This document shows positions 37,863 through 48,330 of a stretch of DNA of 64,000 nucleotides, one piece after another; position 1 is the first letter of the stretch, and each line of letters opens with the position of its first letter. A program made the translations under genes and the position numbers. The notes under the pieces are model-generated. The model searched no databases. It was not told the origin of the DNA and saw only the letters and a list, made by a program, of their open reading frames with translations. The stretch is taken from contig NW_027266286.1 of assembly GCF_022045235.1 (NCBI RefSeq), positions 64,666,001-64,730,000 of the forward strand, written 5' to 3'. The DNA comes from Haliotis cracherodii. Its lineage: Eukaryota.

Positions 37863-38561
37863 CACGATCTATTTTATATTGAACGTAGTTGGAGCATGAA
37901 GGAAGACACATTAAATTTATACATCAGACTGGCTTGCCTAGTAAACAGTAATAATTATATATGCATTGGTTTTTGGTGATTATGATGATTTTTTGTCTTT
38001 TGTGAAAACAGATGGTCGGGAGGTAAACAATCCTTATATTTTGTAATAATTCTATGTCATCATGGCCAAGATCCAGAACAATTATTTAAACTTGCTGCCA
38101 GTCTTCGTCTCGTCAGATGAAATAAAAAGAATGTTATAATTACATTTCATGTGATAAACTGGGATAAACCTTTATATCCTAAATTAATGGGGTTTTCAGA
38201 CTCGGTGCCAATAACAAAACACTCTTGATTAAGAATTATGTTTTTTCTACTTTCTTTATTCTGATGGTAGGTGAATCAGTAAACTAATTAATATAAAAAA
38301 ACACCTTAAATCATTCCGTTTGAAAAATAATGATAGACGACTACGGGACACTCAGTGTATACAGAAAATAAATAATATTAAGTTTAAATAATTAATTAAT
38401 CATTATAGGATACTTGTTAGTGAGAACTGATCACTTTGTCAAAGCTTGTTTCAACATTCAGTATTATCAAGCACACAATGCCATCGACCTGATTGCCAAT
38501 CAACTGATCGTTAGGTCGCCATGACGTGTCGAAACACTAATCATGAGTCATTATGACACGC

Positions 38562-38622
38562 TCGTTCACTCTAAGTTGTCAAACCAACATATAATCTCGT
38601 GTTGTTCCCTGTTATCGTCATT
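38562..38622 (+). promoter_or_regulatory. L7 core promoter: TCGTTCACTC + 18 bp + TATAAT + Inr-like TCATT
   Basis: Shared motif and spacing. Confidence 0.7.
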
Positions 38623-38687
38623 CCATCCTTCCTCGTCAAGTCATCAGCTCAAAAGTCTTCCTCTACCTCCTCCTGTCCACCTTCACA

Positions 38688-39350
38688 ATGTCGGACATGT
38701 CATATGACCTCCTCTCCTCGGACTTGGAAGAGTCCGCAGACTTCATCGCTCTCAGTTTCAACATCGCTGACCCCTTGTGTTTCGCGTGTTGTGACGTGAT
38801 CACTGACCAGTACTATCTACGTGCTGGGGATCACGTGTGGCATGAGCACTGTCTGCGTTGCTGTGTGTGTCAGGTGACGCTTGGTGGACATTCTTCTTGC
38901 TTCGTTAGGGACGGTAACATATTCTGTCAGAGAGACTTCGCCCGAATTCACGAGACCAAGTGTAGCTCCTGTCTACGTAACATCGAGTCCGGAGATTGGG
39001 TCAGATCGGCAGGAGAGAACATGTACCACCTGGCATGTTTCTCGTGCAGCATGTGTCAAAGACAACTTTCCACAGGAGAAGACTTCGCCATCCACGACGG
39101 CCGCGTACTTTGCCGAGTCCACGTCCTCAACCCTGACGACGAGAATATCATCTGCCGACCCAAATCCAAGAGATTCCGAACAGCCTTCAACGAAGACCAG
39201 GTAGCTGTTTTACAGAAGTACTTCGACTTTGACACCAACCCCACCGGAAATGACCTCGGGATGATCGCAGAAGAGGCGGGTCTTCCCAGAAGAGTGGCCC
39301 AAGTGTGGTTTCAGAATGCACGAGCTAAACTCAAGAGAGCCTTGCACTGA
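38688..39350 (+). CDS. Awh: L7: intronless LIM-homeobox protein, Arrowhead/Lhx6/8-like, 220 aa
   Basis: Intact ORF; AATAAA at 39599-39604. Confidence 0.9.
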   Translation: MSDMSYDLLSSDLEESADFIALSFNIADPLCFACCDVITDQYYLRAGDHVWHEHCLRCCVCQVTLGGHSSCFVRDGNIFCQRDFARIHETKCSSCLRNIESGDWVRSAGENMYHLACFSCSMCQRQLSTGEDFAIHDGRVLCRVHVLNPDDENIICRPKSKRFRTAFNEDQVAVLQKYFDFDTNPTGNDLGMIAEEAGLPRRVAQVWFQNARAKLKRALH

Positions 39351-39702
39351 ACTTGACATTATGTTGTTTGGTACTGACACATGTCGTAATTTCGGCAGAC
39401 ATTGATATTTGTGTAGCTGGTCTTTATTGCTGATGTAAGACAACCGGTGCAGCCTGAAGTGCTTTATCTCAACAAGGGAATCTGATTGGAAAAATTGTAT
39501 ATTTTGTACAACTTGTTATTATTTATGTCATCAGTTACAATATTGTACATTGGCAATGTTGGACGTGTAATTTATTTCATGTATATATATTGACCTTTAA
39601 TAAATGATTCAATGCACAGTTTATTTTCTTGTTGATATATAAAAGTGTGGGGCGGAAGGGAAGATGATATGGTGAGGGACTGTGAGGCAGACAACATGAA
39701 AT

Positions 39703-39935
39703 TCAGTGAAAGGATAGTCCCTTACACCTTAACCATATTTAATAGTGATTTAGGCGACATTTTGCACTATCTTGCGAAAAGTATGAATTAAAGCACTAAA
39801 CTGACTTAACGACAATCAGTGAAAGGATAGTCCCTGACATCTTAACCATATTTAATAGTGACTTAGGCGACATTTTACACCATCTTGCGATGAGTATTAA
39901 TTAAAGCACTAAACTGACTTAACGACAATCAGTGA
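39703..39935. repeat. 113-bp tandem duplication
   Basis: TCAGTGAAAGGATAGTCCCT at 39703 and 39816. Confidence 0.9.
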
Positions 39936-40460
39936 CTAAAGTTCTCGCCCTGTTGGTATGCTTTGTACATTCCTTCTATATGCAGGGACGTCCCCGTGAA
40001 ACTCAGAGAGTGAGCATGCGCAGTCTTTGTGGTGGCACCAGAGACATCAAGATGATGAAGGATACAGTTTCTTGAACTTACAGTTCAAACGTCTGTACAT
40101 TCTGCACCATCTTCGTGTTAGTATGCCAAGTACGCTTGGTATGCAGACTAAATACGCAACTCCTCTTGTAACGAAGTCGACATACGGAACTGTAAATCCC
40201 AGAAGTTCTGTTTCGAATTTCGAATACTGGAATTAAACCGGAATATATAGATCTTAGAATTTTGCCTTATCCCGAATTGACTGATCTACATTTGTCCTAT
40301 TACAGAGCAACACGAATCTTTTGTTTATGTTAATTTGGGGGATGAAATAAACACTGAAATAACTGTTCACTGAATGTCCTGACAGAATTGTGTTTAGGTT
40401 CAAAACATATTGTTTTAACAATTATTTTTTTATATCAGAAATATACTATTTACTAGATAT

Positions 40461-40724
40461 ATTTCTCTTCTTTAACACATGCCTTATAATATGAACGTAT
40501 ACATNNNNNNNNNNNNNNNNNNNNNNNNNNNNNNNNNNNNNNNNNNNNNNNNNNNNNNNNNNNNNNNNNNNNNNNNNNNNNNNNNNNNNNNNNNNNNNNN
40601 NNNNNNNNNNNNNNNNNNNNNNNNNNNNNNNNNNNNNNNNNNNNNNNNNNNNNNNNNNNNNNNNNNNNNNNNNNNNNNNTATATATACGTACATATTATA
40701 AGGCATGTGTTAAAGAAGAGAAAT
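40461..40724. repeat. 44-bp inverted repeat flanking an assembly gap (40505-40679)
   Basis: 40461-40504 is the reverse complement of 40681-40724 at 42/44 positions. Confidence 0.85.
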
Positions 40725-41910
40725 TCGTCCGGTTCGATTGTGTTTAGCACGAGTGTATGCAGACTATTGTATTAGTATATGCATGTTTAATGTGAAGTAT
40801 CATATCAAGTTTATTCTTATTTGTTGGTCATCGGCCCGTGTACAAATATATATATACACATATTAAATATCTTGAGCAATAATGAAACATGGTCGGTGTC
40901 CATTTAAGTATGAATGTATAAATATACATAAATATATGCGAGAGACGATGCTTAGGTATTACTGGCAGTTCTTAGACAGGAATCATGTTTGATAAATTTA
41001 GCATATCTTATAAGTACAGGCTTTTCATTGCTGTTGAGTAGCGTTCCATGTTTGGCTATTGCAGATAAACCATCATATTTTTGTGAATATTTATCTCTGC
41101 TGTATTCAATATGTGCACATTTTTAGCGCTGTTGCTGTACAAGATATACGGCTTTTCCACTGGACGAGAGGCGGTCACATGACCATGAAACTTGCGTTAA
41201 TAAGTGTAAGAACGACACAGTTGACACGTTTTATGGAGAATCTATTCTAGAAATGGCGTAAACACCGACGGACTACTTACACATTCGCGAGGAAAGCCCT
41301 TGGAATTCCCTATTACGAATAAATATTACGTTGTTCCTGATTATTTAGACTCTTTAATCTTCAACCTGACGTGTTAGCATACATTGGATGCGTCAGAGAG
41401 TTTGACTGAATGCCCTTTCACGAATATCCTCGTTACGACCCACTTTGAGAAAAGAATTAAGAAATGCACATTCAAACCATCGACTCTATCAGTGTCTAGA
41501 CTGACAGGTGACAGTCTACAGAAATCTAAAAAAAATACCTCAGTATCTCTTTAACACATCTTTATAATCAATGATGTCAATGATCGTCAACTTCGAAAAT
41601 CTCTCCCGTCACGTTTATCGTGTCGGCCATTTTGATTTCCTGTATTTGACGTAACTGTATTACGACGCGCTGATTTGTTATTACACTTGTACATATACCA
41701 AAATAAACTGTGCATTGAATCTTTTATTAACGTTTAATGTATATATACATATGAAATAAATTACACGTCCAACATTGGCTATGTACAATATAGTCACTGA
41801 TGACATAAATAATAACAATTCGTCCAAAATATACAAATTATCCATTCAGATTCCCTCCTTGAGAGGAAGCACTTCAGGCTGCACCGGTTGGCTTATATTA
41901 ACAAGAAGGA

Positions 41911-42073
41911 GTGAGTGAGTTTGGTTTTACGACGATTTTAACAGTATTCCAGCAATATCACGGCGGGGGACACCAGAAATGGGCTTCACACGTTGTGCAC
42001 ATGTGGGAATCGAACCCGGGTCTTCAGCGTGACGAGCGAATGCTTTAACCACTAGGCTACCCGACCGTACCTC
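41911..42073 (-). mobile_element. SINE family A inserted in the L8 3'UTR
   Basis: TSD AACAA(G/C)AAGGA at 41900-41910 and 42074-42084; absent from the paralogous L7 UTR. Confidence 0.92.
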
Positions 42074-42160
42074 AACAACAAGGATAATTTATACAAATAG
42101 TATTATCTGCAATATCATAACTTCAAAGACGTATTAATACAAAGCACTGAAGTTTCAAGT

Positions 42161-42823
42161 TTACTGCATGGCTCGCTTGAGTTTAGCACGTGCATTCTGG
42201 AACCACACTTGGGCTACTCTTCTGGGAAGACCCGCCTCTTCTGCGATCATCCCGAGGTCATTTCCGGTGGGGTTGGTGTCAAAGTCGAAGTACTTCTGTA
42301 AAACAGCTACCTGGTCTTCGTTGAAGGCTGTTCGGAATCTCTTGGATTTGGGTCGGCAGATGACATTCTCGTCGTCGGGGTTGAGGACGTGGACTCGGCA
42401 AAGTACGCGGCCGTCGTGGATGGCGAAGTCTTCTCCTGTGGACAACTGTCTTTGGCACGCGCTGCATGAGAAACATGCCAGGTGGTACATGTTCTCTCCG
42501 GCCGATCTGACCCAATCTCCGGACTCGATGTTACGTCGACAGGAACTACACTTGGTCTCTTGAACGCGGGCGAAGTCTCTCTGGCAGAATATGTTACCGT
42601 CCCTAACGAAGCAAGAAGAATGTCCACCAAGCGTCACCTGACACACACAGCAACGCAGACAGTGTTCGTGCCACACGTGATCCCCAGCACGTAGATAGAA
42701 CTGGTCAGTGATAACGTCACAACACGCGAAACACAAGGGGTCAGCTATGTTGAAACTGAGAGCGATGAAGTCTGCGGACTCTTCCAAGTCCGAGGAGAGG
42801 AGGTCATATGACATGTCCGACAT
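42161..42823 (-). CDS. Awh: L8: intronless LIM-homeobox protein, Arrowhead/Lhx6/8-like, 220 aa
   Basis: Intact ORF; AATAAA on the minus strand at 41723-41728. Confidence 0.9.
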   Translation of the reverse strand: MSDMSYDLLSSDLEESADFIALSFNIADPLCFACCDVITDQFYLRAGDHVWHEHCLRCCVCQVTLGGHSSCFVRDGNIFCQRDFARVQETKCSSCRRNIESGDWVRSAGENMYHLACFSCSACQRQLSTGEDFAIHDGRVLCRVHVLNPDDENVICRPKSKRFRTAFNEDQVAVLQKYFDFDTNPTGNDLGMIAEEAGLPRRVAQVWFQNARAKLKRAMQ

Positions 42824-42910
42824 TGTGAAGGTGTTCAGGACAAGCTAGAGGAATTGTTTTGTGGAGATCTGATTAAGGAAAGAATGATGATTTCAGCAGA
42901 CAACGGTCTA

Positions 42911-42944
42911 TTTATACGCTGGCTTGGCATCTTAGAGTGAACGA
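42911..42944 (-). promoter_or_regulatory. L8 core promoter: TCGTTCACTC + 18 bp + TATAAA
   Basis: Shared motif and spacing. Confidence 0.7.
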
Positions 42945-43430
42945 GAGTGTCATGATGACGCGAGATCAGTGTTTTTACACGCTATGACGTCAGGGTGATC
43001 ATCCGGGCCTTGATCACTTAATAATCATTTAATCATTGATACTTAGCGTTGCATTGTTTCCATGTCCTTGATGAGCTCGCTCACCATGGTAGTTAACGAT
43101 GCTTGAAGTATCACACAGACAACAAATATATGATTTCATCAAAATAATTCTCAAAATACACACTGACAGCGGCCATATTACATACAATAGATAAAATTTA
43201 TTTGCCAGATGTAAACTGAAATATGACTCTGACAAGGTATTATCATGAACATATTTCAAGAGAACTTGTTTCAAATTAATTGACACTGTTCCAAATATGT
43301 TTATTAGACAGTCATTGTATTACTGTACATACTGCACGCTACACATTTACGTCATACACCTCTGTCAAACAGTCAAGTAAATCAAGTTGTTTGATGAAGG
43401 GATAAACCGATGTAAACTAATGTGTTGCGT

Positions 43431-43505
43431 TTATTCCCTACATTATTCCCTACATTATTCCCTACATTATTCCCTACATTATTCCCTACATTATTCGCTA
43501 CATTA
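43431..43505. repeat. 12-bp minisatellite (TTATTCCCTACA) x6
   Basis: Read directly. Confidence 0.95.
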
Positions 43506-44200
43506 AATGATCGGGCTCAGTTTGGCTCGGTCCATGGTGATTTTTCAGTTCAGTTTTCAAAGTATCTCTTAAAAATGTTCATTATTTTGGACTCCTTCTA
43601 TTATCATATTTGAAAAGCCATGAGGTGCTTTGAGGTCAAACATCTTATGAATCGCTCCCAAATCTATTAATATAATATCAAAATATTCGGTTCGAAGCAG
43701 ATTGGCATATTTAACGCTCATTTAAGCACGTGCATTTTCAGTGTAAGCTGTTTTGTCTTTTTAAAACAATAACATCATCTCAGATACAGTCTGAATTGAA
43801 CACGAGTTTTGTTTATTTTCCTACTTTTTCCTGAGATAGAACATAGAGAAACAACTCAAAAAATGCACTCAGTTGTCCTTCAGGTGAGATAGTTCAACAG
43901 TTATACCTTCCTCATTGGTTCATAAGGGGCCGGTCGTTTGATATTCTGTAGGGGCATGTGTTTGAAAAAGAAAAACAATAGCCTTATGTTTACCACGCAT
44001 AAACCATGCTGGATGTTCTGACAAGTGTTTGGCACCTTGTGTCAGAGATACGTCTTGTATAGCTTGACGTGCGGATTAATAAATATTCTGTCTCAAACAA
44101 GTACTTGAAGCCACCTGGACTACTTAAGGTCGGACCGTTAGGCACATATGAGAATGTATTTGCTCATCTCATGTTGTGTTTTAATTGTAAACATGTAAAA

Positions 44201-44365
44201 GGGGCGGTCGGGGAGCCCAGTGGTTAAAGCGTTCGCTCGTCTCGCCGAAGACCGGTTTCGATTCCCGACATGGGTACAATGTGTGAAGCCCATTCCTGGT
44301 GTCCCCCGACGTGATATTGCTGGAATATTGCTTAAACCGGCGTAAAATCAAACTCAATCACTCAA
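44201..44365 (+). mobile_element. SINE family A
   Basis: Full-length match; degenerate TSD TAAA.AT.TAAAAG. Confidence 0.9.
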
Positions 44366-44867
44366 TAAAGATATAAAAGATGAAGCACATGCTTTGCTAC
44401 CATGGCCATTATATAGATGCATTATGGCCACCCATGTAAATGTATGCTTTAAAGCATGGGCAAGTTTTTATTCGTTAACTGCTTGTTTAATGTGTCCTTG
44501 ATATTATTACCCTGGCTTGACCTCTTATGTTCCTAGAATCTTCTTAAGTATTTTATGTAAATAGACATGTATCATATTGTATCATATATAGTCTTGCATA
44601 CACCGCCAAGTGACTGGTCTTAAATGTATGTATACTTTTAGTATGTACACTCTAAAAAAAAAATTGATTTTTTTGGTAACATTTGACACAAGAGCCATCA
44701 TATTATGTTGTTCGGTATATTTATGCATGATATAAACAAACACAGTAATATCATTTTGTTACACAGTCATCATTCGTTGTCACGGGAGTAAATATTTTTT
44801 TGTAACAATCGTTTTCTGGCCCTTCACGTTAATGTTGAGTGTGAGTTACATTGTGTGTTAGAATACA

Positions 44868-45450
44868 TGGTTTAAACATATTCATGTTCACAAAAATGTG
44901 AACATGGATTGGTAAACAAGCGTAACGCTTATGTTAATACCGCTCAATTACACAGAAGACATGATACAATAAATATACCAAAGAAGGTTAGATGTAACAA
45001 ATCAATTGTACATGCCAAGCTAGATGTGTGTATATATAATAAATATATTTGCAGTTTATATTAAACAATTCATTTAATTGAAAATCTGCATGTCTTTAAT
45101 ATGAAGTTTTGAATAGAATCTAATGTTTGGATTTGCTCTTTCTTACTCAAATACGAATTTCCGCGTAGCACTGTTTGTAAAGAATAACCATGTTGGTAAA
45201 AATACATTTTCATTTCGAGGAACATAGTAACTTGTACAAACAAAAAAGAAGTGTAAAGCATCTTCTGTATGGTATCCACATGAACAATTTTTGGTATCCA
45301 AAATATATCTATCATACTGATCTGCGTTAAGATCGCTGCAGCCAAGCCTGAGGCGACTGTGAATAATTTGACAAATCCATAATTTGAATCCAAGTGAAAT
45401 AGACAAGTTGAATCCACTAAATACATGATAAAGATTTTATGTATTTGTAC
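44868..45450 (-). mobile_element. 5'-truncated CR1-group LINE remnant (ORF2 C-terminus + 3'UTR)
   Basis: Frameshifted IIHSRLRLGCSDLNAD...CSCGYHTEDALHFFFVC..Y and LRGN..LS...IQNFILKTCRF; ends in AATATGTTTAAAC. Confidence 0.8.
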
Positions 45451-45562
45451 GTAATATTTAAGAGTGCGGCTAAAATAAACACTTCTGTTTGTCTTAGTGA
45501 ATGAATAGTAGGCATTAAGAAACAATTGACTTGGAGTACTGCACAAATTGATAATCTGTTGG

Positions 45563-45905
45563 ACCGTAACTGTAGATATGACTCGTCAATACATCTCAAG
45601 CCTTAATAAGCCAATGATTGAACTACTGATAGAGTCAATCAAACCTCCGCTATGTGGTTCGTGACGGCGCGTGTCAACATGGCTGACACTGCCGTCACGC
45701 CCGAAGTCGTTCACTCAGTATGATGCACCGTAACTGTAAATATGACGCGTAAATACACCTCAAGCCTCAATCAGTCAGTGATTGAATATCGATGGAATTA
45801 GTCAATCCGCAGCGAGTTTGTACGTGACGGCGCGTGTCACCATGGCTGACAGTGCCGTCACTCCCGAAGTCGTTCACTCAGTCTGGTATGCGTAGAAGTA
45901 TATAA
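45563..45905 (+). promoter_or_regulatory. L9 promoter: 164-bp tandem duplication, each copy with a palindrome and TCGTTCACTC; TATATAA at 45899
   Basis: Units start at 45563 and 45727; motifs at 45707 and 45870. Confidence 0.7.
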
Positions 45906-45987
45906 CGTCATGGACGCACCGTAAGTCATCCACATCCTCTCTCGTCACCTGAGCAGCATCTTCATCTGTAACGTCGTTCGTTCCGCC

Positions 45988-46659
45988 ATGTCCCACTCGT
46001 CGTATATGTCCTCCTCAGCGTCGGATCTCGAGGATGAGATACATTCATATCTCACCAGTCTCAGCCCGGACCCTCATATGCCCATCTGTTTCACGTGCTG
46101 TGACGTCATCACTGACCAGTACTATCTACGTGCTGGGGATCACGTGTGGCACGAGCACTGTCTGCGTTGCTGTGTGTGTCAGGTGACGCTTGGCGGACAT
46201 TATTCTTGCTTCGTCAGGGACGGTAACATATTCTGCCAGAGAGACTTCACCCACGTTCACGAGATCAAGTGTAGCTCCTGTCTACGTAACATCGAGTCTG
46301 GAGATTGGGTCAGATCGGCCGGAGAGAACATGTACCACCTGGCATGTTTCTCATGCAGCGCGTGCCAAAGACAACTGTCCACAGGAGAGGACTTCGCCAT
46401 CCACGACGACCGCATACTATGCCGAGTCCACGTCCTCAACCCCCACGACGACAACGTCACCTGTCGACCAAAGTCTAAGAGATTCCGAACAGCCTTCAAC
46501 GAGGACCAGCTCGCCACTCTTCAGCGCCACTTCGAGATGGACCCCAACCCAAATAGCCTTCACCTTGATCAGGTCGCCATGGACGCAGGTCTGACGAAGA
46601 AGGTGACAAAAGTCTGGTTCCAAAATGCACGTGCAAAACTGAGGAAGTTAAAGCACTAA
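45988..46659 (+). CDS. L9: divergent/mosaic intronless LIM-homeobox protein, 223 aa
   Basis: LIM domains as in L1-L8; distinct N-terminus and homeodomain helices (LATLQRHFEMDPNPNSLHLDQVAMDAGLTKKVTKVWFQNARAK); AATAAA at 46849. Confidence 0.9.
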   Translation: MSHSSYMSSSASDLEDEIHSYLTSLSPDPHMPICFTCCDVITDQYYLRAGDHVWHEHCLRCCVCQVTLGGHYSCFVRDGNIFCQRDFTHVHEIKCSSCLRNIESGDWVRSAGENMYHLACFSCSACQRQLSTGEDFAIHDDRILCRVHVLNPHDDNVTCRPKSKRFRTAFNEDQLATLQRHFEMDPNPNSLHLDQVAMDAGLTKKVTKVWFQNARAKLRKLKH

Positions 46660-46943
46660 TTTCTGTTGCTCAAGATGTACTTACAACATGACAAAAAATC
46701 GGTTATGTTTAACATGCAATGTACTTAGATCTTACAAAGCAGCGGTTCTGCTAGAATCGCTTGTTCATGGTGCTACCTGTGTACATATCTTCTCAGGCTT
46801 TGTGTAACATAATGTACTTTTTGTCCGTCTTCTATGTAGATGTATATAAATAAAAAGTGAAATGAACTTCATGTCAGTCATATATTTCCAGTAATTAGCA
46901 TGTACCCACTTCGATAAATATACCCACTTGTTACCTTTCTAGA

Positions 46944-47106
46944 GGGGTGGTCGGGTAGTCCAGTGGTTAAAGCGCTCGCTCGTCACGCTTAAGACCCGGG
47001 TTCGATTCCCAGCATGGATACAATGTGTGAAGCCTATTTCTGGGCCACCCGCCGTGATATTGCTAGAATATTGCTAAAAGCGGCGTAAAACCATACTAAC
47101 TCACTC
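46944..47106 (+). mobile_element. SINE family A
   Basis: Full-length; TSD ACCTTTCT. Confidence 0.9.
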
Positions 47107-47212
47107 ACCTTTCTTGAGCCCACGTCTGGAAGGCAAGTGTTTCCTGACTGCATGTGTTCGGACTAACGTAATTTCATCATATAGATTAAGTGGAGTCTTT
47201 CACGAATATATA

Positions 47213-47380
47213 CGTAAGAGGCGAATAATGGGATCGGATTTTCAGACTTGGTTAATGTATGTCGTCGTATCATTGGTCATGATGTCAATCACTAGATTAT
47301 CCGACCCAGACTCTATTATTTACAGATAACGGTCTTTTAGTTGGAATATTGGCGAGTGCGGCGTAAAACAACAAACACAC
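47213..47380 (+). mobile_element. Degenerate SINE family B
   Basis: CGTAAGAGGCGA...TGGAATATTGGCGAGTGCGGCGTAAAACAACAAAC. Confidence 0.75.
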
Positions 47381-47904
47381 AAATGTATACACCTTAATAT
47401 GAGTACTGGTGTGTTTGGTGTAAAACGTTGGCTTCTATTTCAGAGGTTCCCGAATCTTTGACATTCCACAATATACTGGCGCGGGCATGGATGGCCCTGT
47501 GCCCTGATGCCCAGCAATTCGCTGTGCGGAGTTGTGTCTCTTGGGCACCCCAGAAACCTATGATCGTGGGTTCGAATTCCGGTTCGCCTGATGTTTCTAG
47601 GTTTGTTAGAATCGTGCTTGTGGTTTTCACTCCTTTGAAGTAGTAAAATAAACTTTTAAGACGCATATTGCATAGTTTACATATCCATGTAGTTGTAATG
47701 CTGTCCACACAGGCCCGCTCTTCAGATCGGCAAATCCTGGCATCACAACAACAAAACAAAAAAAATAAAAATAAAAATCCTGGCATCACATGTACAGCCG
47801 ATCACCGGATGATGATGTTTGATATTGTACGTGCGCTTCACGTTGAGCCAATTCCGCTCTCGCTGCATTGCCCGTGTTGTTCTTTAATAAACTTATGTTT
47901 CGCA

Positions 47905-48330
47905 ATCTGATGGATCGAGTCTGGCAGGAGGGCGGAAGGTCGGTAGTTCGATCCCTAGACGCGTCATACCAAAAGTCGTTAAAAGATGGTACTTGTTACC
48001 CCGCCTTGCGCTTAGCATAAGTGGATAAAACAAGGACTGGTAGGCTCGGAGTCGGTACACCGAGTGAGGATGCTTATAGCAATATTCCAGCAATATCAGG
48101 GCGGGGGACACCAGAAATGGGCTTCACACATTGTACCCATGTCTGGAATCGAACCCGGGTAGTCGGTGTGACGAGCGAGCGCTTTAACCACTAGGCTACC
48201 CCACCGCCCCAACTGTGTTTGAGTGGAGTATTCATGTTAAAACGCACGGTATGGTATCGTAGGGGCTAGCACTAGGAAACCGATAACAGTCTGGAATAGT
48301 GCAAGCAGTCACACACACATACATACATGT
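47905..48330 (+). mobile_element. SINE family C interrupted by an antisense SINE-A (48062-48210)
   Basis: Family C sequence stops after GCTCGGAGTCGGTAC and resumes at CTGTGTTTGAGTGG. Confidence 0.85.

Noticed and set aside
45070-45546. 158-aa ORF as a host gene
   Set aside because: Overlaps a frameshifted LINE ORF2 remnant
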